Below, one piece after another: positions 40,964-52,314 of a DNA stretch of 64,000 bases. The stretch comes from an uncultured Methanoregulaceae archaeon. GTDB lineage: Archaea > Halobacteriota > Methanomicrobia > Methanomicrobiales > Methanospirillaceae. The position numbers and the translations under genes are program-made. Below the pieces are notes generated by a model. The model was not told where the DNA came from and made no database searches. It saw only the letters and a list, made by a program, of their open reading frames with translations. The stretch spans positions 1,408,001 through 1,472,000 of the forward strand of contig CAVTTL010000001.1 of the NCBI GenBank assembly GCA_963737635.1, written 5' to 3'. Position 1 is the first letter of the stretch, and each line of letters begins with the position of its first letter.

Positions 40964-43900
40964 TCAGGCTCTTCTCCCTGCATTAATCTGATGACCAGTC
41001 CTAATTCATTAAATACCTCATCTCGAAGAATGGACTGTCTTATGTTTGTTGCAGCATCTATTGCATTATCAAGTATATCTTGTGCAACGCTTTCATAGCC
41101 TGCAGAATACATTTTTATTGCCATATCACATCGCACATACGCCCTTTTTGAAAGAGGTCTGATTATATCCGATTCTTTTATTGCGTTATTGAGCATTCTT
41201 TTTGCTATTTTTTGGTCTGAATTATCCCGGGAATGGATAGAAAGCCTACAATAAACAAGTGCCCTCTTCCCCCGATCAGTCATCGAACGAACCGTTTGTT
41301 CAAGGGCTATAATCTGGCCGGGAGATGCGCCTTCATTAATAATCCGCGTCAGGAGTCCCATAATTTTTGTATGGGGTATGTTTTTTTCTGGCGCATCGTT
41401 ATAGCCGATTTGGGTCAAACGGTGCTGCCGTAGATCATCATCTTCTATTTGTGCCAGAATATCGGCCGATTTTTTCATATACTCTACGTTTCCCTGTTCT
41501 CTGAAGAAATTCGTAAATATTCTCGCAATTTCATCATGTATTGAATCGGCAATATGCTGGATGTTTATCGTTCTTGATAATTTTTCTGCTTTGTCCAACA
41601 AATTTAGGGCAAATTCATCCTCACCATTCTGTACTGCCAGGGGCACTATTTTTAAAATAAGCAGCGACTTATCATATGGCGATTCAATTTTCTCAATTGC
41701 TTCTGAAATATGACGGAGGGTGTTTTTCCCCTGGTTTTCCCGTTCCAGTGCGTATGCAGAAATAAGTGCTTTAACATATTCTATAGGGTCAGAGACATTC
41801 GCAATTACTTCTAATATAAGATCCATCCGCATTTTCTCCGGAAGGAGATTGTCCAGCCCGACAATAGCTGAAACAATTTGTCGACGTACTGCGGTATTCT
41901 GATCGGGTTCAACATGATGGAGTTTATCCAACCCTTCATTTAAGCAGAGTTTCGCTTTTTCCGGGTTGATGTTACGGTACCTGGTAGTCAAATCTGCGAG
42001 AATCAAAATCTTCTGGTATACAGTCGGAAGGCTCGTGACCGATAAATATACTTCATCTAGGATTTTTCGGCCAAGTTCCTCATCGTTTATCCTGGTGGCT
42101 GAATCTGCCAAGGAACACAATCCTCTGAGTCGAATAAATGGATCGTGGGTCAAATCGAGGAGATGATGAATCAGGCTAATGATTTCAGGCGTTGATCGCA
42201 TATGGTACCGATTCTGAAGAATATAGGCCAGTACCTCATAGGGATCCGCCGAGTCCGGATAAATGATATCCTCATTGAGTTTTGCGATAATCCGCAGCAT
42301 CATAGCATTGCGTTCGAGAGGATCTTCTATTTCAATTGAATACAGAGCCAAAGGAAGAATGTAATCTCTTCCATCGCTCTTTTTTGACGAGAGTATGATA
42401 TCAATCATTCCAGCAATTTTCAGAGAAATCTGGGACTTTTTCACTTCAGCTTTTAATAGATTCAGACTTTTCTCAAAAGGTCTTAAAAGAAGGTTATTAT
42501 CGACATGGCTGCTCTGTATCGGCGTGAAATCTGGTATGAGATCGCAACCTATCCTGACAAACGATTCGGCGATACGTTCACAGATCTGCAATCGCAAGGA
42601 AGGATCTTCTATATCTTTTGCAATTCGGTATGCTTCATCAAGGGCGTCAGGATCTTTTTTACTAACCGCATATTTAATCACCCCTTCGGTTATGTTTTTA
42701 ATCGCATAGGCTACAAGATCCGGGTCCAAAAAGGAACTGCTCCATAGTCGCATCCTCAAAAGAAGATCAAGATCCCCTTGGGTTGCAGCGAGAAGAGCAG
42801 CATCGTCAATAATGCTACTCAGAGTCGAAGATCGGATTGCCTGTCCCTCAATAAGGCAGGTAATCCCGACTGCCTGCTGAAGTGAATCACGGTTTCCGGT
42901 TTTAACCCCGATTTCAGCAAGTTTCATCACAACGGTCGAAATTGCTTGCTCCCTGAGTGATGGAATCCGAATTAATTTTGAGAGATCTACTAGAATAGCA
43001 GAGTCACATGAATCAAGAAATCCTCGATTTGTCAAGGTTATAATAAAATCTAGGATAATGTTATCATATCCGCTATACAGGGTCAGGAGCTGTTTTAACG
43101 AACCGTTGTGTTTTACAATCTCTTCCAGCGGTGTAGCATGACCTATTTGGTGAACTGCAAGGGATATGGCATTTGTGATAACCTCGGGTTCATTTCTTTC
43201 AAGCATTGCCCCGAATTGCGAAGTGCCTTGATCGTGTACTATTCCCTCTTCGATTAATTTTGCAAAGCAGGTGCAATAATGAGGTGAAATTTCCTGAGGC
43301 GGCTTAATTCGTGAAAATAATTTGGTGGCACTGTCAAAATCTCCCAAGAGCAGCATGATCTGAGAAAATTGCAAAAAAATTTCTATAGCCTCATTACGGT
43401 CACATGATTTTTCAATAAAAGGTATCAGATTCGCCAGTACCTGAGCAGAGTGTGCGTGCCGAGAAACAGCAATCCCTGCCCGGACGATATCCCTTATGGG
43501 GTACTTCTCTATTAAGGGGAGATCCTCGAGAAGATTCATTGCAGTTTTAAGATACCACGGTTCACCGGATCGTTCAGCTTTTCTTAAGAAGGTTCTGTAC
43601 TAAAAGTTCTCTTGTAAATGGCAGTTTTTCACCAAGAAAAATAAGATCCTCATTGATTTGATTTTTATTTTTTACCTTATCAAGAAGATGTTCCATTAAC
43701 GTATAGACCAATTCTCCCTGTATATTTTTAGGAAGTTTTTCGAAATGGACAACTAACAAATGGATGTCCAATAGATCTTTTTCAAAGAGTGAGTTCATTC
43801 CCTTTCTAATAATAGTGGTAATGCACTCCCTTCTTCGGAGCTTCTGGTAAATCGCTGTCGTAATTTGAATGCTTTCGATAAAAAGATTGAAATCTCCTTT

Positions 43901-44518
43901 TTTAATTGCAATAGTCGCTGCTGCCTGTGCTATCTCTGCATGTAATTCCGCTCGTTTAGATACATCATTAATTGCGCCTACGAGGTCCTGGACTTGGAAA
44001 AGAAGCGCAATATTGTCGCTTTGAACGGTCCATTTGGTGATTCTGGATGCAGATTCGATAATACAATCTGACCGGTATTTCCTGAAAGAAATTTTATTCA
44101 GAACTACCAAACCGAGTTCAATATTTGCCTGTCTTGATTCGGAAATGCCTGCTGATATGAGTTCCTGAACAATAAAAACAACTATCTTCGATTGCAAACT
44201 TTTTTTCCCCAGTTTTTCCGAGAGGACAAAAAGAACATCAAACCATTTCTCATTTCCAGTCTCAATATAATGTTTTAAAACCAAAGAGAAAAGATCTTCA
44301 GCGCTTTCCGGTGGAATGGTACGAATTGCCACCAGCGATTCAGGAGTATTATTCTGAAATGCGAACTCAACGATGACCGAATTTATGGTCATTTGTACTA
44401 ATGCCCGGGCTTTTTTCTCTTTAAAACATGATGAATCGGTCACAATTGAACCAATTCCTTCCCAGTCTTTCATTACGAGTGCCTGTCGTATTTTTTCACT
44501 GACTGGTAAGGATATCAT
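40960..44518 (-). CDS. Large alpha-solenoid (TPR/HEAT-like) repeat protein of about 1185 aa, frameshift near 43580
   Basis: Two ORFs join by removing one A (AAG AAA GCT GAA CGA...ACT GCA ATG); recurring helix-I.D/P...R-helix units. Confidence 0.65.
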
Positions 44519-44713
44519 GAAACAAAGTTTTCATTAACTCAAATAGTATATATTTTTTGTGTTTTTGAAAAAATCCTGAAATACTTCCATTTTCGGAATT
44601 ATATGGAAATTTCAGCAAAATTCACGGTTAAATGAGTAGCATTTCAATTTTTTTATCTATTTAAATTTCCATTAACAATTTTTTATATTTATGGCATCAA
44701 AAAAATTACCCTA

Positions 44714-46089
44714 TTAATGGGACAGATTTCCAAGTATTTCAGAAACCGATTCTTTTATTTCCTCATAAAAGGCGAGACCTGTTTTATGATCATCAGAGTC
44801 TACCATGATGCGAATAAGCGGTTCTGTCCCGGAAGCCGGATTAACGCCCATGCATTTTCCTTTTTAATTTTCAAACCATCGATTTGGTCAATAGAATCAT
44901 TTGCATATTTTTTATCAAGCTCTTCAATGAGCTCGTGTCCATAGGATGTCGATAATTTCTCTTTTATCATATGCCGTTTCGGCAATTGTCCGATAAGAGA
45001 TGACAGATTCTGGCCTGTGGTTGCGAGAATCGAGACCATGGTGGCAGCGGCCATCCCCCCATCACGGCAGAACTGGTGATTCGGGAAGATCAGACCCCCA
45101 TTCCCCTCACCACCGAATATTACCTTATTCCCGGATTCTTCAAGTTCACGCATGGTTCTGGCGACATAAATGCTTCCAACCGGAGTGTATTGAACAGTAC
45201 ATCCCGCTTTATTGGCCACCATTTCAACTAACAGGGAGGTACTTACCGGTGTGACAATTGTCCCCGTTGCGTTCCTGCATATATATTGTATAACCAGCGC
45301 AAATTCCTGGTTTTCTTCCACAAAGACCCCTTTGTCATCAATAAAAACGGCCCGGTCAGCATCCCCGTCGTGAGCTACGCCGAATGCAGCGTTATTTGCC
45401 AAAACCAGTGCTGCAAGCCCTTTGAGACCATCCGGGGAAGGTTCCGGCAGACGTCCCGGAAACGTTCCGTCCATAATCCCGTTGATGGTCAGTACCCTGC
45501 ACCCCAGCGCCTGCAAAATTGCCGGCGTTGTCTGGCATGCCGGACCGGAGCCCGGATCAACTACGACGGTCATTCCGTTCCCGGGTTTTTCTGGAAACTG
45601 GCTGGCAATTGCATGTATATACTCTTCGATAAGGTGGAATGCTACAATTTCCAATCCAACCTGATCCCACGGTTTGACCGGTAATGAACGATCTGATAGA
45701 AGGCCCTCGAGATTGACAGTTTCTTCATCTCCCATCTCTGTCCCGTCCGGTTCGATAATTTTCACCCCATTATATTCCGGGGGATTGTGAGACGCCGTGA
45801 TCATCGCCCCTCCGTCATAGTGTTCTTTTACAATGTACTGAAGTGCCGGAGTCGGAAGCACTCCGCACTCGATAACATCGCAACCGGTAGCAAGAAGGCC
45901 TGCTTTGAGCGCACTGATAAGAACTGGTCCAGTAGTACGGGTATCGCGGCCGACTGCAATGCGCCCTGGCCTCATAGTGCCAAGCGCTTTGCCTATATGA
46001 AGCGCAAGCTCCGGGGTCATCTCTTTTCCTGCTATTCCCCTTACGCCATTTGTCCCGAACAGCTGTTTTTTAATCTTCTTTATTGCCAT
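44714..46089 (-). CDS. glmM: Phosphoglucosamine mutase / phosphohexomutase (frameshift near 44835)
   Basis: LFGTNGVRG, TASHNP, DGDADR and GEGNGG motifs; R.SGTEP.IR is restored in a second frame ending at 44714. Confidence 0.88.
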
Positions 46090-46119
46090 TTTCGTTAAGA
46101 TCTATCGGTTTTTTTTATT

Positions 46120-46530
46120 TTAATAGTCTTTGAACTGTGAGAGGGAAGACATAACTTGATCAACTGTCGGATTTCGCAAAATACAAGTTTCAATAGATAA
46201 ATCACCTATAACGATCTTCGGGAAATCACGTGCTTTGAATCCTTCAATCACTGCAAAATCTATCCTTGTCTGTTTGAAAAAAGAAAGGATTTCATCGAGA
46301 TCAATCGTCCGGACTGTGATGACAGACTTACCGCTATCGATACCAGCCGAAATATCGGCACCATTTTCAAAAAATACGGTTGTATCCTTTCCTGCTTCCT
46401 GATGGTAGTCATGATCTCTCATATGCTTGATGACCCCCACACGTCCTTGAGATTTAAGTGCAGGGATAAGGTTCCTGATAAATGTGGTCTTTCCTGAATC
46501 CGCAAGCCCGACAACCTGGATAATTTTCAT
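46120..46530 (-). CDS. mobB: Molybdopterin-guanine dinucleotide biosynthesis protein B
   Basis: GLADSGKTT, VIKH, GKDT and IEGFK motifs. Confidence 0.85.
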   Translation of the reverse strand: MKIIQVVGLADSGKTTFIRNLIPALKSQGRVGVIKHMRDHDYHQEAGKDTTVFFENGADISAGIDSGKSVITVRTIDLDEILSFFKQTRIDFAVIEGFKARDFPKIVIGDLSIETCILRNPTVDQVMSSLSQFKDY

Positions 46531-46537
46531 ATTTTTA

Positions 46538-47311
46538 TCATTTCCCCTGCTTATCGGATAGGTTCGCTTTATCCACATGCATATTATTTTCCGCCGAACC
46601 GGATTTACCTGTTGATATGGCCGGTCTAGGAGATTCTATATGTGAAGATTCCGATGAAGGGGATATTTCGTCAGGATCGGGATTCTGAAGAAGATTGTGT
46701 GCTTTTTCTGCTGAGATATCCAGCTTATCTTCGAAAGGAGAATTGAGACCCGGGGATCGTTCTTCTTCATTGAATTGTTTTGAAGAGGTTGTTTCATCTA
46801 TTGTGTTGTTCTCTGTCCTTGTCGTAAGTATTGTTTTTGCTGTCTCACCAACACTTCGCATCACCCGGGTGATGCGGTCTTCGATATCGATCTCTTCGTC
46901 AATATCAATAGTTGTCCCCTCAACTTCCAATAAAAAGCGCGATACCTCGCTTGCTTCAAAAAGAAGATCATCGAGTTCATCGGTCGTAAAAAATCCACAC
47001 ATCGCGCCATAGAAAAAGGTAGCACTTGCTTTTCGTACCTTCTTCTTAAATGAATGGCGTGCCTGATTAACAGCCTGAGGTGAATAGGTATCTTCCATAA
47101 ATGGAACGAGTTCCGGTAAGTGTTTTCCGATAAAAGTCATTTCTGCACCACCGGATGTTCGGAAATCTGTGCATAAGCGGGCAAGTGCCCATTCTCTAGC
47201 TGTTATATATGTGCGTTTGCGCAGGAATTGGTTGACTTTACGATATGTAGCGCCATCGACTTTTTTAAATTTTTTATATTTGTTAAGTTCATTTTGGCTA
47301 TGATCGTCCAT
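46538..47311 (-). CDS. Conserved archaeal protein (DUF5806-like) with an acidic, disordered C-terminal tail
   Basis: KY.KFKK.DGA.Y..VNQFLR.RTYITAREWA.ARLC.DF and YSPQAVNQAR motifs. Confidence 0.65.
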   Translation of the reverse strand: MDDHSQNELNKYKKFKKVDGATYRKVNQFLRKRTYITAREWALARLCTDFRTSGGAEMTFIGKHLPELVPFMEDTYSPQAVNQARHSFKKKVRKASATFFYGAMCGFFTTDELDDLLFEASEVSRFLLEVEGTTIDIDEEIDIEDRITRVMRSVGETAKTILTTRTENNTIDETTSSKQFNEEERSPGLNSPFEDKLDISAEKAHNLLQNPDPDEISPSSESSHIESPRPAISTGKSGSAENNMHVDKANLSDKQGK

Positions 47312-47502
47312 GAAAACCTCTCTTTACTGTGGATATTGACGAAGAAAACGACTCCAGTTATAATTAGTCCCTTTTGTATATAGCGGTATATGGTTTATGC
47401 ATTAAGAAATCAACCTATATCCACAACGAAAGACGATTATTTCGATTAATATTTCTGAGTCTAGCAAAAGAGTCCTGACGAATCTATGGAAAATGAACTT
47501 CT

Positions 47503-48516
47503 GGCTCTGTAGAAATCCTTTTTCCAAGGAATGAGTCGACTTAGTTGACCGAAAGATCTAAGGTACAGTGCCCCCTTATTTTGTTATGTTCAGTAACCAT
47601 AAGGAGGCAAAGTAATGTCGACAAACCGGTATATCAGGTTCGTTGAATTATCGTCCGGATTAATCCGGGATTCCCGAATTCCATTGTTTTCATCGAAATT
47701 CTCAAAAAGAACCTATAATCAGCACCAATTACTCACTCTTCTCCTCCTGAAAGAGTACCCGGGTGAAGATTACTGGTCCACGGTAGAGCTTACTGAGATC
47801 ATGGACTCCCTCCGGGAAAAGATCCATCTCAGTGAAGTGCCCCATTTCACGACGATCTATAAGTTCTATCAACGGATCCGATCCTCAACGTTTACCAGGT
47901 TACTCAACCGGATCATTAAGCTGTTCTACGATTGGGGCGAGAAAATCGATTGTACCGCAATCGATTTTTCCGGTTTTACGAGCTCATACGCCAGCTCTTA
48001 TTATTCCTGGAGAACCGGAAAAACACGAAAACGATTCCTGAAACTATCAATATCCGTCGATACCGATCAACAGGTGATCACCGGGTTCAAGATCTCTCAG
48101 CAACCGGTTCATGACATCCCTCACGCGGAAAAACTCCTTGTCCAATGTCATCGAACGAGGAAATCGGATATCTACGTCCTCGATAAAGGGTATGACTCGG
48201 AAGATATTCACCGGTTGATCCGGGGTGACCTGAATGCCTATTCTCTTATCCCCGTCAGAACCAGAAAACGGAAACGAATCTCCGGGTTCTACCGACGGGA
48301 ACTCAATCGCTTCTTCGATGAGGAAAAATATCATCAACGAAACAAGGTCGAAACCGTTTTTCTCAGTCCTGAAAAGAAAATTCGGGGAATCCCTGAAAGC
48401 TCGGAAATTCCAAGCACAGATCAAAGAACTCAAAATCAAATTGATTCTCTACAACATCTCTAAATTTATTCTCGCGATCTTTATTCTCATTCATTACTGA
48501 TGTTTTCTACAGAGCC
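47503..48516 (+). mobile_element. IS5-family insertion sequence, 1014 bp
   Basis: TIRs GGCTCTGTAGAAA (47503-47515) and TTTCTACAGAGCC (48504-48516); 8-bp TSD GAACTTCT at 47495-47502 and 48517-48524. Confidence 0.92.
47615..48500 (+). CDS. DDE transposase (IS5 family), frameshift in a T-run near 48360
   Basis: [19 protein letters not shown] and RNKVETVF then SVLKRKFG in the next frame; GGAGG RBS. Confidence 0.9.
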
Positions 48517-48672
48517 GAACTTCTTAGTGTTATTCAATTCTGATGACTGCAAAGATGGTTATTTTGACTGTTGGTTTATCCTCTGAAAAGTTTGCACGTT
48601 ACAATCAGAATTTCAGAGTCCTCATTAAAACAGGTTTTTGATCTTTTATAAGAAAAATATGTTAACAATCAG

Positions 48673-49002
48673 TTATTTGTTATTCGTTTGATTATTTTCG
48701 CCCATTATCTCCCGGATATAGTGTTTCATCCCAGTCACTGAAGTGGTATCGGTCTCTTTAGGAATGGACGATTCGCTCGAACTTTTAATATTTATAGCCT
48801 TATCACTGGTAATTTTCGGACGTGTGTTGCTATTTTGCTCTATGAAGTCTTCTAATGCCGAACGAGGTATACGCCAAGCGCGATAAGAGATTTTTGTGCC
48901 CGAAAGTCTTCCCGTTCGAAGCCATTGATGAACTGTCTTTTGGTGAACTCCAAGAATTTCTGCAACTTCTTTTGTATTGAGAAACTGAGTGTCCGTAGTC
49001 AT
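48673..49002 (-). CDS. Excisionase-like (HTH_17/MerR-like) DNA-binding protein
   Basis: LNTKEVAEILGVHQKTVHQWLRTGRL.G.K....WRIP motif. Confidence 0.85.
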   Translation of the reverse strand: MTTDTQFLNTKEVAEILGVHQKTVHQWLRTGRLSGTKISYRAWRIPRSALEDFIEQNSNTRPKITSDKAINIKSSSESSIPKETDTTSVTGMKHYIREIMGENNQTNNK

Positions 49003-50119
49003 AACTTATTACCAATGATTCCCATTACTGCCCTAATAATTCTTTGGGTACTTATCTCCTTTTAATCTCCTTATTGGTATCTTTAGGGAATTTCTTCTGA
49101 CTCCTATGGACTCATGGTATTTTCCTTGTTAAAGTATGATAACTTTTCATTAGATAACTGAGAAACACATCTTTAGATCCATCGAACATTTTTGGTAATT
49201 TCTCATCAGTTTCGCTGTTCTCTTTTTTCCCAGTTTTAGGCTAAATAACCATCTTTTATGTATAGCATCATATGGTTTATAATTCAGAAAAACCCGCCAT
49301 AGAAGGGTTGAATTTTGCAAAGATTCTCGTTCATTAAGTAAAAATCAGAGTTCAACCCAATGTTGTTGTTATCCCTGCAGATCGTTCAAAATTTAAAATC
49401 TGGGATTATGTAAGTGAGATTATCAGATCTTTTATTTTCGGAGAGAATTACTCCCGATCTTTAAAGTGCAGCTATATTTGGAAAAATTAGGGAAATTTTG
49501 GAATGTATCGACGAGGATAATTTGGAATTTTTGGAAAATCCAGATTTTAGACAATGCTTTTACAATCTCTCCAGTTTGTATTGTATACCTTAAATATAGC
49601 TGATCCACATGTCACTAGGGATAGCGGGATCCCTACTGAGGCTTCTAGATGGGTGCTAATGTCTGCCACAACCATCTCAAGGAAGAAAAATCATATTTAA
49701 GGTGGAATTTCCTGTGGAATATTTTCGAAATTTTCAGATGTGGCTGTTGGCTACCTGGTCGTTCCTACAGAGATCCAAGTCTTCAAGGCAATTGGGGATT
49801 CCAATGGGGCGATCACCGAAGTAACGAAATATATAAATTCATTTCGTGCCTGAGATGTTATATTCGAAATTATCAAAAAGCTCGATAAAAAGAGTAAATG
49901 GATTTTAAAGTTTAAAGAATTGCATAGCGAATTACGATTTGGCAGAAGTCAAAATAGGCAGAGTGGGCTGATAATTAAAAATTCTTGAAAAAATTTGGTA
50001 ATGTATTAATGAAAAAGATAATGATAAAACCGAATGATGATTCCCTTTTTCGTATCGGTGTAAAAAATGGAAATTTCACTATCTCCTAAAAGCGGCAATA
50101 GTTCGTAGAGTAGTGATTT

Positions 50120-50539
50120 ATGAATGAAAAAAATTTATTGTTTCTTAAAAAAGGACTTCGTTGGACACTTTGGATTATTTGGATAATCTATGGCTTATTA
50201 AATGTTCTTGACATCATTACGACTTTTATTGGAGGGCAAATGGGTGGGTATGAGCACTCTCCACTCTTATCACCGTATATTGGAAATCCGATTCTTCTTA
50301 TTGGAATCAAAATTGTCTATTTTATCCTTCCATTTTTGTGTATTGAATCTGTGATTTTTATTCTCGATAGGTTCCCTTATAATAAAAACTATTCAACTTT
50401 TAAAAAAACGGTTTACTATGCCTTTTACTGTATTGTTTACGTGACATTTATCGTTGCATTAATTTGGATCATTTTGTTTTACTTAATAGTCCAAGATAAT
50501 AATATACAATTTATCTTATTTCATCGCTCTTTTCTGTGA
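50120..50539 (+). CDS. AT-rich membrane protein (DUF5658-like)
   Basis: Three TM segments; LNVLDIITT...GGYE.SP...K motif. Confidence 0.55.
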   Translation: MNEKNLLFLKKGLRWTLWIIWIIYGLLNVLDIITTFIGGQMGGYEHSPLLSPYIGNPILLIGIKIVYFILPFLCIESVIFILDRFPYNKNYSTFKKTVYYAFYCIVYVTFIVALIWIILFYLIVQDNNIQFILFHRSFL

Positions 50540-51082
50540 TTAGAACATTCACGAGAGGTGAGCGACGTGACTGTAAGTGAACCGAAGTTATCGAGACAGT
50601 CAAATTCTCCACCCGTCCGGTTTGATGCGCTTGGTTTGCCAGGATGATCCTCCTCCCAAGCCAACCCGCCCGGATTGAATTACACTCTTGGAGATTCTTT
50701 CAAAACATCGTGTAGAGAATGCATTATCCACTGACGGATATTGCTCTAATTGCCTTATTGGATTTGTTGTGAAGACTTTATTAACTAAAGAGCCCCCAAG
50801 AAAGAAAATGAACTTATTAATTCAGCGGTGAGGGATACAATTATCCATAACTACGTGAGATTTGCCAATAGAACGCTTCTATGAGGCTTTGAATGCCGTG
50901 AAATGTTAAAGAAACTTAACATTGCTCTAAAAATATGCTATTGTCTGCGTTTTGAAATATTCTGTGACAAACTTATAAAATGGCGGGTCAATGAATGAAA
51001 TATAAAGGGCCACGCTCTGCCGCCGGGCCACATCTGTGTTCAATTTATAGTGTGATATCTGTTGAAGCAGAGTGAAATGCCG

Positions 51083-51356
51083 GGCAGAAGAACCTATTCT
51101 GCCAATCTGGAAAAATTTTTTGTATTTGTCGCAGAATAGGTATTCTGCGAAGTACAGGCGTAAAATTGCAATTTGGACGTGAAACAAAGAGATTCTTGGG
51201 CATTTCCATTGAAAAAACGGTTCTAATTTTGAGAATAATCTTCCCTAAAGGTTCACCCAAATCGACCCTCCAAATTGGATTCAATATGTTCGCATATAGA
51301 CTATAGACAACATTATCATGCTTTTTTTTTGGCGTCTGTACGGAATATATTCTGCG
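51083..51356. repeat. Cluster of GCAGAATA/TATTCTGC palindromic sites upstream of the recombinase
   Basis: TCGCAGAATA-GG-TATTCTGCGA (51129-51150), GGCAGAA-N7-TTCTGCC (51083-51103) and CGGAATATATTCTGCG (51341-51356). Confidence 0.7.
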
Positions 51357-51393
51357 CAAACCTTTATTAATTTGAGATAAGAATGATTAGAGC

Positions 51394-52314
51394 ATGGATA
51401 GCGGGTATTTTTCGGATTGGCTCAAAAGTTACCGGAATTACCTGCGGATGCGCAACTATTCTTCCCGGACACTTGATAGTTACGAACAGGTGATTAAGCA
51501 CTTCGGATATTATGTCTGGCTTCGCCGGCATACAGAAGTGACTAAACTTGTGTTCTTCTGGAAGGATTTCGAGAATGCCCGGCTTGATACAGGGGTAGAT
51601 GTACCTCCGACGATGGTAACCGATTTTCTCTCCTTTGTTTCAACGATGAGGACCTATAAACCTAAAACGTTTCATCGGATCATCTCGACACTTAGCTCAT
51701 TTTATCGTTTCCTGTTTACCCAAGGTGCTGTTATAATAAATCCCCTGAGTGGCATTGAACGTCCCCGCATCAAGCAACAAGAGATAAAATATCTCAAACA
51801 CAACCAGGTTCTCCGTCTGATCGATTCGATCGAGGATCCAAGGGACAAACTGATTGTAAGAACGATCTACTCCACGGGTGTCCGGGTATCTGAGCTCTGT
51901 AACATGAATATCGAAGACATCGATTTTGACGAACATACCATCCGGATTCGTGGGAAAGGGGATAAGATACGGATCGTATTCGTTGATGATGAGACACTCT
52001 CCGGAATTCTGGCTTTTATTGGTAACCGGATTGAAGGTCCCCTTTTTATCGGTCAGCAGGGCAAGCATATTTCACCGAGGGCGATTCAGCATATTTTCAA
52101 ACATTATGCCCCTCCTGGTATCACACCCCACAAGATACGTCACAGTTATGCAAGTGAGTTGTACCGGCGATCAAAGAACCTCCGTGTAGTGCAGGAGAAC
52201 CTGGGCCATACCTCCATAAAGACAACGGAAATATATCTCCATACTGATATTGACGAACGCCGGCAAGTCTACCAGCAGTTCTTCCCTCTCTCCGGCGATA
52301 ACGAAACTTCGTGA
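51394..52314 (+). CDS. xerA: Tyrosine recombinase, XerA/XerC-like
   Basis: N-terminal SAM-like YS..T..SY; catalytic R (GVRVSE), K (GKGDK), HxxR (HKIRH), H (LGH) and Y (TTEIY). Confidence 0.8.
   Translation: MDSGYFSDWLKSYRNYLRMRNYSSRTLDSYEQVIKHFGYYVWLRRHTEVTKLVFFWKDFENARLDTGVDVPPTMVTDFLSFVSTMRTYKPKTFHRIISTLSSFYRFLFTQGAVIINPLSGIERPRIKQQEIKYLKHNQVLRLIDSIEDPRDKLIVRTIYSTGVRVSELCNMNIEDIDFDEHTIRIRGKGDKIRIVFVDDETLSGILAFIGNRIEGPLFIGQQGKHISPRAIQHIFKHYAPPGITPHKIRHSYASELYRRSKNLRVVQENLGHTSIKTTEIYLHTDIDERRQVYQQFFPLSGDNETS

Noticed and set aside
39584-44700. CRISPR array or casposon around cas1
   Set aside because: No regularly spaced direct repeats, cas2, family B polymerase or TIR/TSD pair were seen; the flanks are housekeeping genes.
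50120-52314. Archaeal integron (IntI plus cassette)
   Set aside because: The recombinase lacks the IntI-specific insertion before the HxxR box, and there is only one poorly pairing attC-like element with no cassette array.
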